A stretch of 61,578 nt of DNA, the filler included, from Sphacelaria rigidula (lineage: Eukaryota): NCBI GenBank assembly GCA_964200075.2. It is 4 parts of 4 records of this genome, joined end to end, with 100 filler letters (N's around TTAATTAATTAA, not from the genome) between each part and the next. Parts side by side here need not be neighbours in the genome. Positions count along the whole stretch, not along the records: positions 15,426 to 30,748 come from CAXNAA020001797.1; positions 30,849 to 46,164 come from CAXNAA020001798.1; 2 more parts are not named here. One strand, given 5' to 3'. Positions 23,601 to 35,500 of this stretch are shown in pieces; position 1 is the first letter of the stretch, and every line of letters starts with the position of its first letter. Both the position numbers and the translations under genes were made by a program. A model generated the notes under the pieces. That model was not told the origin of the DNA. It was given only the letters and a program-made list of their open reading frames with translations, and ran no database searches.

Positions 23601-25161
23601 CGTTGGGAGATACGCTTTCAGAACGCTCGGTCGAATTCGGAATATTTTTGACAGAATTTTCAGCAGAGCAACACAAAAACTTTGTGAAAAGAAGCTACAA
23701 CCAGGAAAAGCCGATTTCATGACACCCAACTTGGCAAACAGCTACGCTACATCGCTGCACGTGAACGCCTCAACCAGCCGATCATAACGATGTATGCTCA
23801 GCTTGCCCTGGCTCAATGCCACTCGAAATATATGACCATACGATAAAACGCGGTTTTCTTGGCCTGCCCAGCTCGTCGTGGCGGATCGCCGGCTGCTTGC
23901 CGATCGCTCACGCCGTGTCAGTGCCAACAAACGGAGAGTGGGAAAGAAAAAAACTGCTCGCGTTCGCGTCAAGTTCTACCAGTGAGACGCGAACAAATTC
24001 AAAGGAAGACACAAGGACAAGAGATAGGTGCAGCTGTGTTGTCGTAGGGCGACCTTCATGCTTCTCGCCGAGAGACAAAGAAACATCTCGACACAACCGT
24101 GCAACCGACAGCCCAACAGCAGAGTTGATTTGTCCGCAACACCGAACTCTGCTACCGTGACACCGGAAAAATCCCAGCAGCGGCTTTCATAAATACTCAC
24201 ATTTGTTCTGTGTAGTCTGCAGCATTTGCATCGCCCTTATGGGTGTTGGTATGGGGCAGTCAGCACCTGCCAATCTCTCGCTACGGTGGAGGGCATTCGC
24301 ATAGGCACCAACTGTCTGCGGAGAATCTCGTTGCCAAGAACCTTCTGCTTTCGTGCTCGGAGCATAGGTTTGCGGTTCGGGCTTCACCTACAGCTCGCGA
24401 TGCACTCTTTGTGTATGGAGACGTGAGTTGTGTGCCTGGCCCGTTGCCACCAGAATACGCACTCCGTGTTCATGAAAACATTCGCCTTTGATACCAACGA
24501 TGGACAACATAGTACAGTACAGTGGTGCTGTACGGCCGTGCGGTAGGTTTGAAAGTGTGCCGAAGCACTATTATACATGGAAAGTCGACAGAGCGTGACC
24601 GGACGGGATAAAGTCTTTTGACAGTACAGTGTCAGGAAGCGTTCTTTTATGCCGAGTCCAGAGTACTGTCTGCAGTACAGTACTGCTGATGGTGGATAAG
24701 GAAACTGCTACGGTGAATTGCTTTTTGAGTACAAACAAGACATGCTGTACATGTGAAAAACATGTCGCACACGCATAACGCCCACAAGAGCATTGTATTC
24801 CCTGCATCATCATCTCCCCCTCGCCCCCCCTGCGCAACATATTCCATACCCTCTCGCCCCCGCCCAGAATGCACACGCACATTTCTTGTTCTGTCACCTG
24901 TTACCCATATTTCGGAGAGTGCAGCGCAAGAGCAGTACAACAACACGAGACCAGCGTGACAGACATGGTGACCACAAAAAATTCACATGATTTTTTCTTC
25001 TTGGGTACTTGGGGAGAACTCACTGCTTGCGCCTTGATGAAAGGGTCGGAGGTCTTGAGCTCCACCTTGATCTCCGCGATGGTGGCCGAGATGTAGTCGG
25101 ACGGGTCCCGCTTGTTCGCGCGGATGCCCTTGACCACATCCTGCAGCGTTTTCTCGAACAT
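17697..25161 (-). CDS. AP3D1: AP-3 complex subunit delta, 5' part. Exon 1 25161-25024, exon 2 17765-17697; later exons not found in this contig
   Basis: The spliced peptide MFEKTLQDVVKGIRANKRDPSDYISATIAEIKVELKTSDPFIKAQA|IRKLTYLQMLGYDMSWAAFYVIE matches the conserved delta-adaptin N-terminus (MFxKxLxDLVRGIR...KLTYLQMLGYDxSWAAF). The intron is GT-AG, phase 0, ~7.3 kb. Confidence 0.93.
20095..20517. mobile_element. Non-autonomous hAT-like MITE with 8-bp TSD
   Basis: TIR cacacgcaccgtaggtaagg / ccttacctacggtacctgtg. Perfect TSD aaatattg at 20087-20094 and 20518-20525. Internal repeats of cctacgataccagggtatttcgagat. Confidence 0.88.
20614..20716. mobile_element. Short MITE, same family as 14734-14909
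   Basis: cacaccctggacaacatatggtcaatag ... ctattgaccatacattgtccaaggtgtg. Confidence 0.7.
21066..21090. repeat. (GT)n microsatellite
   Basis: About 12 GT units. Confidence 0.9.
21605..22064. repeat. Near-perfect 460-bp palindrome (foldback element) in AP3D1 intron 1
   Basis: Arms of ~228 bp with roughly 15 mismatches counted by eye and almost no loop (centre gggcccc ~21831-21837). It is flanked by caa on both sides, a possible 3-bp TSD. Mirror peptides appear in ORFs 21538..21942(+) and 21889..22161(-). Confidence 0.92.
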
Positions 25162-25937
25162 TACGTACACAGCTGCAGCTAGATAGCGCAGAACGTAAGA
25201 CTGCACGTGTAACTCCCCAATAGCCAATATTCTGCGTTGTCCACTCGTATTTTTGCCCTCGTGAAGGCACCGCCCACCCTGCAACCAGCCACCGCCTTGC
25301 CACTATCCAACCTCCAAACCCGCTCTGAGAGGAGCCGTCATTCTCTTGGAACAAGACTCCTAAAATAAAGTCATCACTCATTATTCCACATTAGGATATG
25401 TTCTTGATATGTTGTTAGATATTATATTCACTGTTCCAGCGCTGATCTGTACTATTAAAAACATTTACTCCAAAGTATTATGAACATAGTATAACACTAC
25501 AAGCACAACTTGGAAAATGTGGGGATGGCCATGCAAAAAGGTATCGTTTCGGGGATAATCATATCCTGTGTCAATTCTCAGGGCATTTTGGGGGGGGGAA
25601 GTTTGAGTCCCCTGCGCACAAAAGTACCCCCCCCCCCAAGCTCTGCCCAGGAAGGATCATGATTATTTTTCACCTTCTGAACCGAAGACACTTGTGATAT
25701 ACTTGATGATTCACCCAGAAGTTTGTTGATCTCTGCTCAAAGGGCGCACAAAAATGTTTTTCGTCATACCGCACAGTATACCCTTCGTCGCTCCTCCACG
25801 TTGAGACCTTGGATATTGCGGGTCTGCATCTCAAGTGAGTGTGACGTTGAACTCTCCCCGCAGGTGCCCGACAGTAGTCAAACCTTCGCGCGAGAGGAAG
25901 ACACTGAACGAACACACAAGGAACAGACGGAACCCCC

Positions 25938-28900
25938 ATGGCCGAGAACAAGACTCCCGAGTTTGAGCCACCCCAGGTATATTTCGTGGAGGAGAATTCC
26001 ATGTAATTCGCCATTTGGGTGTTTCGACCTGACAGCTTTGGGGCCAAATTTAAATCGCGCTACACTTTGCTCTGCCATTGTTGTCTGTGCATCAGATGCA
26101 GGGTTTGGGGTACAATTGCCGTCTCTCCTGCTATGTACACCATGGTAATTACCTATATGTTGTGCCTATCCCTCTTGTGTGTGGTTTTTTCACGTCCTAT
26201 GAGCCCTTGCGATGTTACAAAAGTGGTTGCTGTTGTTTTTACGGTGGAAAGCAAACGCCAGTTTTAAACTCGATCTCACCCATAGGCGATAGCCGGAGAT
26301 GTCCCACCGCACCAACCGAACTTCACGGACGCACTCGACTGATCACGCACTGGAAGGAGAGGGCTGCTGTAAGTAGAACACAAACTGAGAATAGGCTGTC
26401 TGTGAGGTCGTGGTTGCGTTTTATTTGGAGGTTCGCTATACGTACGCGACTCTTTTGACTCTTATTTGTTCGCTCCCACTACGGGGGCATCAACATCTGG
26501 TCCCGGACCTCCTTTCGGAACAATATAGTCGACTGGGGGTTGACAAGAGATTGACAAGGTGTGGTGCGTTGAGGGTCAGGAGATGGGTGGTGGGAATTGG
26601 CGACTCTTTAGCCACATGAATACCATAATGAAATCAAGCAATATATTGCATCTAGATGTTTTCGCACGGCTTGAGAACCGGCTCAGGTGGACCGGTCGTG
26701 CTTGAGCAACAGTCGACAAAAAGTGAAGCTAGTACGAGCTGGGGCAGCTGACCGCGACTTTTCAATGTTGTGGGGTCTGGCGGTGGTGGGTTCGAGGAGT
26801 TAGGCCGTGAATTTTTGACACGACATTTTTATCCTCAACATGCGCAACATTTCTCGGGGTGCAGAAATAAAGTACGAAATAGAAAGTTGGATCGATTCGA
26901 AATTTCAGCAAAAACTGGAAAAATATCGTAACTGAAGAAGAACGGCAACGTGGGAACCCTCGAATTACACAAGTCACGAGTTCAAATCCCGACACGATCT
27001 TTTGTTCCCCGCATAATCTGGCAGATTTCTTTTTGAGCAATCCGGCATTTTTTCCTTCCTCGTATCACGTGGGTCTCGTCCTAGACTTTATTTTTTATAC
27101 CGAACAATCTCGTGTCCGAAACTTGTGCGAAGCGATCTTTTTCGCCCCAGTGTGGCTTTGGTTTTTCTCCAAGCGTCATCTGAAACACGTGTCCGCTTCT
27201 GAGGAGGCCCAACTGCAGAAATGCAGTTTCAAGTAGCACTTCTCCCTCTTATGGTGATATATGACAGTCGACTCAGGGGTCCTCTTCCATGACGGAGCTG
27301 TTGACGAGCGTGATGATTCAGGTGGAAGATTCTAAATATCCTGACGTTTGCCCACCTTGTGGTCCTGCGTAAATGGTCGTGGATCGCTGTCGAGACACTG
27401 AACAGCATAACCCTCCAGTGCGGTGTGGGCTGGTTTTTGGTGAAGTACCGTACAAGTGTACTGAGTCTACTGAGAGTGAACGTTGACATTCGACTGGCTC
27501 CCCACCAAATATGTTGCCATATGCAATACTAAGAACGTTTTCATGGGTAGGTCGGGTAAGGTATGCGCTTTTGAATACTCGGGTAAAATACACGGGTATT
27601 TACTCTACCCAAGGTTTGGGTAAATTGGTTGCGTTCTCAAATACTCTACCCGAATATTGGGTAAGCACCCTCAGCAATACCTGGGTATAGGATATTACTT
27701 GGGCATGGCCTCAATACTCTACTCATATTATGGGTAGATTGGGTAAGACCTGAAATACTCAACCCAAATTTTGGGTAGATTGGGCGAGATCTCAAATCTT
27801 CTACCCGAATATTGGATTAGTACCCTCAGCAATACCTGAGTATAGAGTATCACTTGGGTATGACCTCAATACTCTACCCAAATTATGGGTAGGTTGGGTA
27901 AGACCTTAAATACTCCTCCCAAATATTGGGAAGATTGGGTAAGACTTCAAATCCTGTACCCGAATATTGAGTGGGCACCCTCAGCAATACCTGGGTATAG
28001 AGTATCACTTGGGTATGACCTCATTACTCTACCCAGATTTTGGGTAGAATGGGTAAGACTTCAAATCCTGTACCCGAATATTGGGTAAGCACCCTCAACA
28101 AGTACCTGGGTATCGAGTATCACTTGGGAATGACCTCAGTACTCTCCCCAATGTTGGGTAGGTTGGGTAAGACCTGAAATACTCTACCCAAATGTTGGGT
28201 AGGTTGGGTAAGACTTCAGATACTCGACCCAAATGTTGGGGAAGCACTCTCAGCAATACCTGGGTATAGAGTATCACTTGAGTATGACCTTGATGCTCTA
28301 CCCAAAAAATGGGCATGTTGGGTTCAATCTAAAATACTCTACCCAGATTTTGAGTAGATTGAGTACGATTTCAACACTCTACCCAAATTTTTAGTTACTA
28401 AGAGTGTGACTTTTTCAAAATACCGAGTATTGGGTATACCCTGTACGACCTCCCCTTGAACATTTTTTAAGGACCCGTGGAAATTCCCCAGGCGTGACAA
28501 AAGCACACCGAGAGAGCCATCGCTTTTGCCCATAACGCAGTGGTGGCGTTATCCAGAGCTACATGCACAAGGCACACTCCAACTCAACATCAATGCAGAC
28601 ATGACAACGAGCCCAGAAGTGAAGGCCGCGCCATTAAGTAACAGGAATATACATACTCCTGTAGTCAACCACAAGAACTCACGTTTCTACCGAGGCTTCG
28701 TGACAAACGGGCGTTATGAAAAATATAACTGTGAAAAAATACGTTTTATGAATTTGTTTCTGTACAACGATCATTTGATGTTTTCGCAATCTCGTGCCGT
28801 CAGAGTGTTGACAGTATCCCGGAAAGCGTCCCAAGACGCGCGGCCGCGCGCCTCCTACCTCCGAGGCGCACGCGCTGTTTCCCACCTTGAGGTGCTCTTC

Positions 28901-29108
28901 AACTCCCTCCTGCGCCAGGTATTGCGTTTCTACGCTCTCGATCATGAGCTGTGCACCGCGTGCTAGCTGCTCACTTTTTGCTTGCCTGTTTTTCCCTCGG
29001 CATTTAGGCATGTGTGCAACGAGTGATCAAGGCCGTGTTACCCGACAATGTCCAGATCGGGAAAGACGCGAAGGCAGCCTTCTCCAGGAGCGCCGGCATC
29101 TTCATCAT
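25938..29108 (+). CDS. POLE3: DNA polymerase epsilon subunit 3 / Dpb4 / CHRAC17 (H2B-like histone fold), 5' part. Exons 25938-25976 and 29008-29108
   Basis: The spliced peptide MAENKTPEFEPPQ|ACVQRVIKAVLPDNVQIGKDAKAAFSRSAGIFI matches the Dpb4 pattern LPxAxxxRIIKxxLPDxVxISKEAxxAxSRAAxVF. The intron is GT-AG, phase 0. Confidence 0.88.
27542..28458. mobile_element. Non-autonomous hAT-like element filled with internal palindromic tandem repeats (POLE3 intron 1)
   Basis: TIR catgggtaggtcg / cgacctccccttg, with 8-bp TSD aacgtttt / aacatttt (7 of 8 match). Internal units of ~40 bp (actctacccaaattttgggtagattgggtaagacc) alternate with ctcagcaatacctgggtatagagtatcacttggg. A relative lies at 45178-45675. 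Confidence 0.8.
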
Positions 29109-30748
29109 GTGAGTTTTTTTTTTGTCGTTCTTTTCATGTTATTTTCCCCCCCTCCCCTTGTCCAGCCTGGTCCGGCGAAAACCCGGCGTGCTTCGTCCCG
29201 GCTTTGTTGGGACGGACCCTCCATGGGGTTCGCGTCGGTGGGAAATGACGCTGTTGAACACGCCACTCACGGCGTTAGCTAGGCAACCAGGTTATAGGTT
29301 TTGTTTCGTGCGCTTGCGTTTTTTTACGGTAACCATGATGGTGGTCAAGCTAGATCATATTGCGCGGGGTGGGAGAACCTCAACTCGCGCAAAGGGGATG
29401 ATCATACTACGCGGTGTTTACATGGTGAGACACCCATGAGGCAGTGTGTAAGCCGCGGCTATCTGGAAGTGGTGATACCAGAAAATGAAGCAATCCATTG
29501 TAGGCTGTCATCTAAGAATGCAAGATAAGCAGTGCGCTTCGGGCCGTACAATCTTAGCAGGATGCAGCGCGCCCTTTATGCGACTCGCCGAACACATGAC
29601 GGCGCTTCACGCTTGGCGATTGACTGCGAGCCTGCCCCGGTGAAAACGCGGCGTGCTCCGTCCCGGCTTTGCAGGGATGCGAGGTCAATCATCATTTGAC
29701 TATGGCGTGCAAGATCATGAGTACCCCCCCCCGTCGGCGCGAGCCCGTAATCCCAAGGGATCAATGCGTCTCCCTCGCTGTACATGTCAGCCAATTTGTC
29801 ACAGAGGGCTGGTTTCCATTTACTTTTCTCTGGAATGTCTACAGGCTGGTTCATGCTTCATCATACGAAATTCACTTATCAGCAAATGTCCTCCGCAACA
29901 CCTCTCCAATGGTCGTATATATGGTATCATACTGACCGTCATCGATAGCTGAAGAGGGTGATATAGCCGTTGTTTTGTTCAAGGCCATAAGGGTGGCGCT
30001 ACGGGTGAGAAGGCACCTCGAAGAATCAGCGACCTTCAAGTTGTTTTGAAGTTGGAAATACGATTTCCCAACCCTCTTTTTACCCAATCTCGATATACTT
30101 TAAACCGTAGTACCGGCCGTCAGCACAGGAATTTGACGTAAGGGGCATAATTGAAAACGATGCGTATGGGATCGTTTTATACCCGAAACCATGATATTTT
30201 GGTTATGTGGGGTTTTGGGCGTCGTCGGAATACCACCGATGATATGCACCAAAGACCCAGTAACCCTCCTGGCGGTTTGTTTCCCTTACATATGTCGTAG
30301 AAAAGCTCGAACAAAACTTAGATCGCCCTCAAACTTGGCACTTCGGTAGCCCTTGACGCTCCAAATGGAAAAACGTAATGTCGAAAACTATGACAACGGT
30401 GCTCCGCTCTTTACCGCCATGCGGGGGTCCGGAAGGACCCCCGCAAGTCGGTATAGAAAGCCTCGAAGCAAAACGCAAAAAATGATCTTGTCCCGAGCTA
30501 ATTCGAGGAACATTTGTACGCAAGTTTCGTTCCAACACTCGATAAACCGATGCATGGGGGGTCTTTCAAGCTCAGTTCATCGCACAAACGCACAAGTGTT
30601 TACGTTGATTATTGAAGTTGAACTCTGAAAATTTGCACACTTGTACAACGGGGCACTGCGAAACTCCTGAAAAACGATGCTTTTTTCCCTCCCTAGTTAT
30701 CAGGGGTCCCAGATGGGCATGTGATTCCCCAAAATCCACCAAAAACCT

Positions 30749-30848
30749 NNNNNNNNNNNNNNNNNNNNNNNNNNNNNNNNNNNNNNNNNNNNTTAATTAA
30801 TTAANNNNNNNNNNNNNNNNNNNNNNNNNNNNNNNNNNNNNNNNNNNN
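30749..30848. other. Artificial assembly linker
   Basis: N44-TTAATTAATTAA-N44. Confidence 0.97.
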
Positions 30849-32591
30849 GGGTCCCAAGATATAGAGTTTTTCCCGCCAGGTGCCTTAAGCGTATCTTAAT
30901 TGGTACATTTCCCTCTATGGAGACCGCCATTTTTTTACGAGAACGCCCGAACCTCTACTCCCCCCAAAAAATCTGAGGACCCATTTCCTATTTCATTTAG
31001 CGTACCTCTGGGGTTCTCTATCCTGAGTTTCAAATAACATTCTACAAATTGAGATAGGGCCCAAAAGTAGTGTTCATTTTCCCTCAAAACTGCCCCGGAA
31101 ACCCGAAAAAAATGAACGAACCGAAAACATTGAAAAAGCTGTGTTTATAAGCTTTATTATGCACTAGCAGTTCTCCATACGAAATTTCATAGCATAACTT
31201 TCAAAAACTGAGACGCAATATTCAGGCTCAGTTCATCTTTAGTGCATCTGCTCGTATTATACTGATTTTAGTATAGAAACCGATGTGCGCCATATCTCGA
31301 GATAGAAAACGAATTAGGTGAAGGTGAGGGTAACTATCGTCTCCCCGTCCTCTAGGGAATGTCCACACCAAAATTCGTCATCCGCTGAATGCATCGATCG
31401 GGTGTTTCGTAGAAATAATAGTGTGGACGCTATCTCCGTTAGGTATAGGAATGACCAGACATGGGGTTTAATCAACGAGAAAATATTGGCCAAATTTTTG
31501 AGCAGATGGGCACCGTCACTTTCATTCGACGGTTAATACGATATGCGGATGACGGCCCAACTCGTCTGTGTCGATGAAATATTGCTTTGAGAGCTTAAAT
31601 CCGTGTCTAGGCTGGCCCAGCTGGTACAGATTTTCTCTCTGAGGTTGTGCACTGTCGGAGTGGCTGGATGACAAACATCTGGACCTCAATCTACAGCCTC
31701 TCAGGAGACTCTTGGACTAAAAATAAAGAGTGCACCCCTACCGTAAAACCCCTCTTCATTGTCGTGCAGACACGCCGTTGGGGTGAACGCTTGTCAACCT
31801 CAAGACGCTCAACTTATGGGATAGAGGAAGTATACAAGTGCTCCTTGCAGCGCAACAGGCAGCGGGGGGCCGAAACTGTGTCACGGGCGGTGAAGGTTGG
31901 CATAAGGTAAAAACCATCCTTGTGTGTGTCAACCATGTTACCGCTACAGCTGTTGAGGTCGAGCATGGGAAGAAAACGAGGGTCGACGGACGGCATCGGC
32001 AGCGATCTTCAACCGACGCCGCGGACCGATCACCTCCATGAGAGCATCCTGGAAAACGACGCCACAACGCGTGTGTTTCGTTCTTTGCATGTAAAACCAT
32101 CACTTACTTCAATGCACATACACGCACAGCACACGTGCACGCATAAAACACAGACATCAACCTCCCTCTGTTCTCGACAATGAACCCTTCGCGCACACAG
32201 GGAACGGCACGCAAATGCTGCCACCCACTCCCCCCCCCCCGCCCCGTGAAGCGTGTGCATAACCACCACTCGCATCCTCATCGCCCAGGCCGATGGCGGT
32301 AACGCCCGTCCTCCGAGTATTGGCGACGGCGGTCGGGGATCCTTCCGCTACTTCAGGTCCTGCTCGGGATCAATGAGCCATGTCCATGATCGAGCGACAA
32401 AGCTATGCCATGGCGTGATGTAGGCAAGTACACACACTTTCGGCGACGCACCCCATGTGTAGGCTACATGATCAAGAGCGATTCCGCTGATGCCCGCCCC
32501 AGATGGTCGTCCGCCGCGTGTAACAGTGTAGAACGTGGGTGTCTGTGGCACAACATATTTTACAACGCCGTTACGAGCGCTCGAGTATGAT

Positions 32592-35500
32592 TCACCAGAA
32601 AGTGTTGCCCTCCAGCCAGTTGTCCAGGTCGATAACCTTGTCGTATTCCAAGTTAACACGGCACGAGAAGCAGCGGAGCGGGATTGACTTCAAAACACAT
32701 GCACAAAAAAATAAAATAGCAGCAAGAAAAAAAGATCCCACCATAGAATTTTGGCTTCGGAACCATGTTGTCGTTGTTGCTGTTGTTGTCTTCACATTAA
32801 AAACAGTTCCGATATCTGCGTGGTACATTCATACTGGGCATCTCATGCGGACGCCTTCCGTGGTCACAGGCTAGCAAAAAACCAAAAAACCAAAATAGAC
32901 TCAGATTAAAACTCACAAAACGCGATACAAGCAAAATAGGGATAAAAAATAAAGTAAAAAAATAGTACATATGGCTAACCTAAGAAGATCCGGTGCCGCA
33001 GGTGGCCATTCGGACTTCAGGGGGTGGCACCCGGCTTTCAAGCTCGCCATACGCGTGGCGATTTGGCAACGCTACAGTCGATGCATTCAAAACTATGCAC
33101 CCACAACTGCTCACCAAGACGAAAGATCACCGCAAACCCACGAGTTTAAAACACGAACGGAGCACCGATCGATTCCGACTGGGCTGGCTCACCTTCCAGC
33201 GAATTTCCAGAGGATCCGCCACTAACCCGGGGCTAGCCTCTAGCCGGAGGCGATGCAAGCGGATTTCTGGCTTTTCGCTCCCTTGAATAATCTGCATTGT
33301 TTGGCCGCCCATCCAGCACAAGAACCACAAAATCCGAGCGGAGGGTAAGGGGGGGGAGGATTTGTTGCTTGCCTTAGTCATTTGACCATTGATCACCCAT
33401 CCCTTTCGAGACGGCGCATCGTTCCTACTCCTAATGGAGACACCTCCAACATTTGGGCGACCATTACGTTTCTTTCATACACTACACAAGACACTACACA
33501 GGAGCCTGTTACATATATTATCCCGCTCCTGTTTCACCGTCTGTGGCCGCCGTCCATCTCCTACCTAGTACAGCCATCATTTTCTCGCTATTATCTGACG
33601 TACGAAACGATTTCGTGCTACCTTCGTTTTCTCCCCACATTGCCCCTTTTGACACGTCCCGTTCCTCCTTGTATAGCTCGCGTTCTGCCAGTTCATGACT
33701 TGTGTTCTATTACGTTGCCACAGGGGCAATTCTGTGCATCTGACTACTGGAAGGTCTAGGTCTCCCACCCGAAATCGCACTTTCACCTTTTTCGCGTAGT
33801 CCATTGGGCCGTGCAGATATATTTTCATCTTCATCACCTTTCTCAACCTCCTGCGAATCTTTAGGTGCTATTTCTCGTCTACTTTCCGTCTTAGCGCGTG
33901 TTTCCCCCTTCTGTTTTATCATATCTCTTATTTTTGTTTTCTACTCTCCACATGAACCTATGGACACTATATCGTCTTGGTTCCCTCCTATGTCCTTCTA
34001 TACATTCTAGACTATGTCATTCTACCTCATTCCCTTCCACGGTGCATACTCTACCTTCAGTATAACCAGATCCATTGGCATGCACTTTTTAATCCTAACA
34101 TCTAGGTGCAATTCTTTAAGGATCTCGTCCATCTTGCCTATGTGTGTCATACCCTTCTGATTACTTCATGTGTTCATCCCAAAAACAGTTTCTTGAGATT
34201 TCTACGCCAAGGTATGTGTAATAGTCCACGATCGGCAAATCCTCTTCTCCCCAGGTCCATTTGAACTCTACCGGATTCTCCACATCTTTGCTACGTACAA
34301 CTACCTCGCATTTTTCACGTTCGCTGTTACCCTCCATTTCCTAGTGTATTCTAGCGCCTTCTCTCGATGTTTCTGCGCTCCTCGTGTTTCTCCTATTCCT
34401 ACAAAGTCATCGACGGACATCAATCCCGATACCGTATCCCCCTACCTTGACTCCTTGCCTTGCTACTTGTATTGCTATCATCATGCGGTTAAAAATTACC
34501 TTGAATAAAGTGGGAACGTACATCCTTGTGCAACTCCTTTTGAAACATCCAAACGTTTCGATATTTCCCCACCGAGCATCACAGCACTTTTCGCACATTG
34601 TCATCTTCATCACCATTCGCCACATATTTTTCTCTGATCTCAGTTTCCCACATCTTTTTCCACAGCCCATTTCTCCATATTGCGTCATAGGCCTTCGATG
34701 CGTCTAGAGAGAAGGAATACGCTGTTAGGCCCACGTTTTCCCCACCTTAAAAATCCTACTCAACGTACACATGGTCTACGCAGCTACGGCTTGTTCTAAA
34801 CCTTTCTTGCCCCTCGATGTTTCTTTCCTCCTTCTCCAGCATCATTCCCACCCCATTATTCCGATTTTTTAACAAGATTTTGCCTACGGTGCTCAGTAGC
34901 ATGATCCGTCAATAATGCCCTGGGCCAGCCCTGTCTCCTTTCTTGGAAAGGTTTACTACTACTCCTTCCCACCTTTTGGGTGTGTACTCGTTTCCCCAGA
35001 TCATGATACAATTGTGGAACAAACCGTCATGGTGATCATGTCCACTCCTCCGTGCTTCATAGATTGATCCACTAGTTCGTCTGTCCCTGCTGCATTCCTG
35101 CTCTTGAGTTTAGCTACACGCTGCTTCACTTCCGCTCTTGTGAACTCTTTCCACTATTCTTTTGAACCACAGCCTTCCCGTTTTGATGCCTCTACATTTG
35201 CCTCTGCCCACATGTTGATTTGTTTCTGAAAGTCCGCGTCGAACCTTTTCTTAGTTGGTGTTCCTAGTCTTCGGCAGTGCTCTACTATATATCTCTCCCT
35301 TCGAACCAACCATTTTACTATTTTGTGTCCTCAGTGTGGCTATTTGTTTCCTCAGTATTCCCTTTGTCCTTACCTACATTTGCTTTATCCCGCCATCAAA
35401 ATCTCCATTTGTTTTATCAAGTACCTCTTTCCATATCCACTTCTTTTTTTCTTTACCATATATTTTTCTTGAAGACAAGCTGAGAACTTCGTGGTCGGTG

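Noticed and set aside
23194..23787. ORF segment LPMVMIQKGSRYRPVSVCYIIG resembling the Argonaute PAZ C-terminal motif
   Set aside because: Key residues differ (no YLPxE), the flanks do not match, there are no clear exon boundaries, and it lies antisense in the AP3D1 intron. Probably chance.
24202..24387. AG...GTGAGT-bounded open segment in AP3D1 intron 1
   Set aside because: Exons 1 and 2 already join to give the conserved delta-adaptin sequence. This segment would shift the frame and has no homology I can recognise.
27600..28400. CRISPR-like array of palindromic repeats
   Set aside because: The intervening sequences are themselves repeated (no unique spacers), there are no cas genes, and the array is bounded by TIRs and a TSD in a eukaryotic intron.
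28801..28918. Candidate extra POLE3 exon ending ...NSLLRQ|gt
   Set aside because: Exon 25938-25976 (EFEPPQ) joins 29008 to give the expected histone-fold start. This segment shows no similarity to it.
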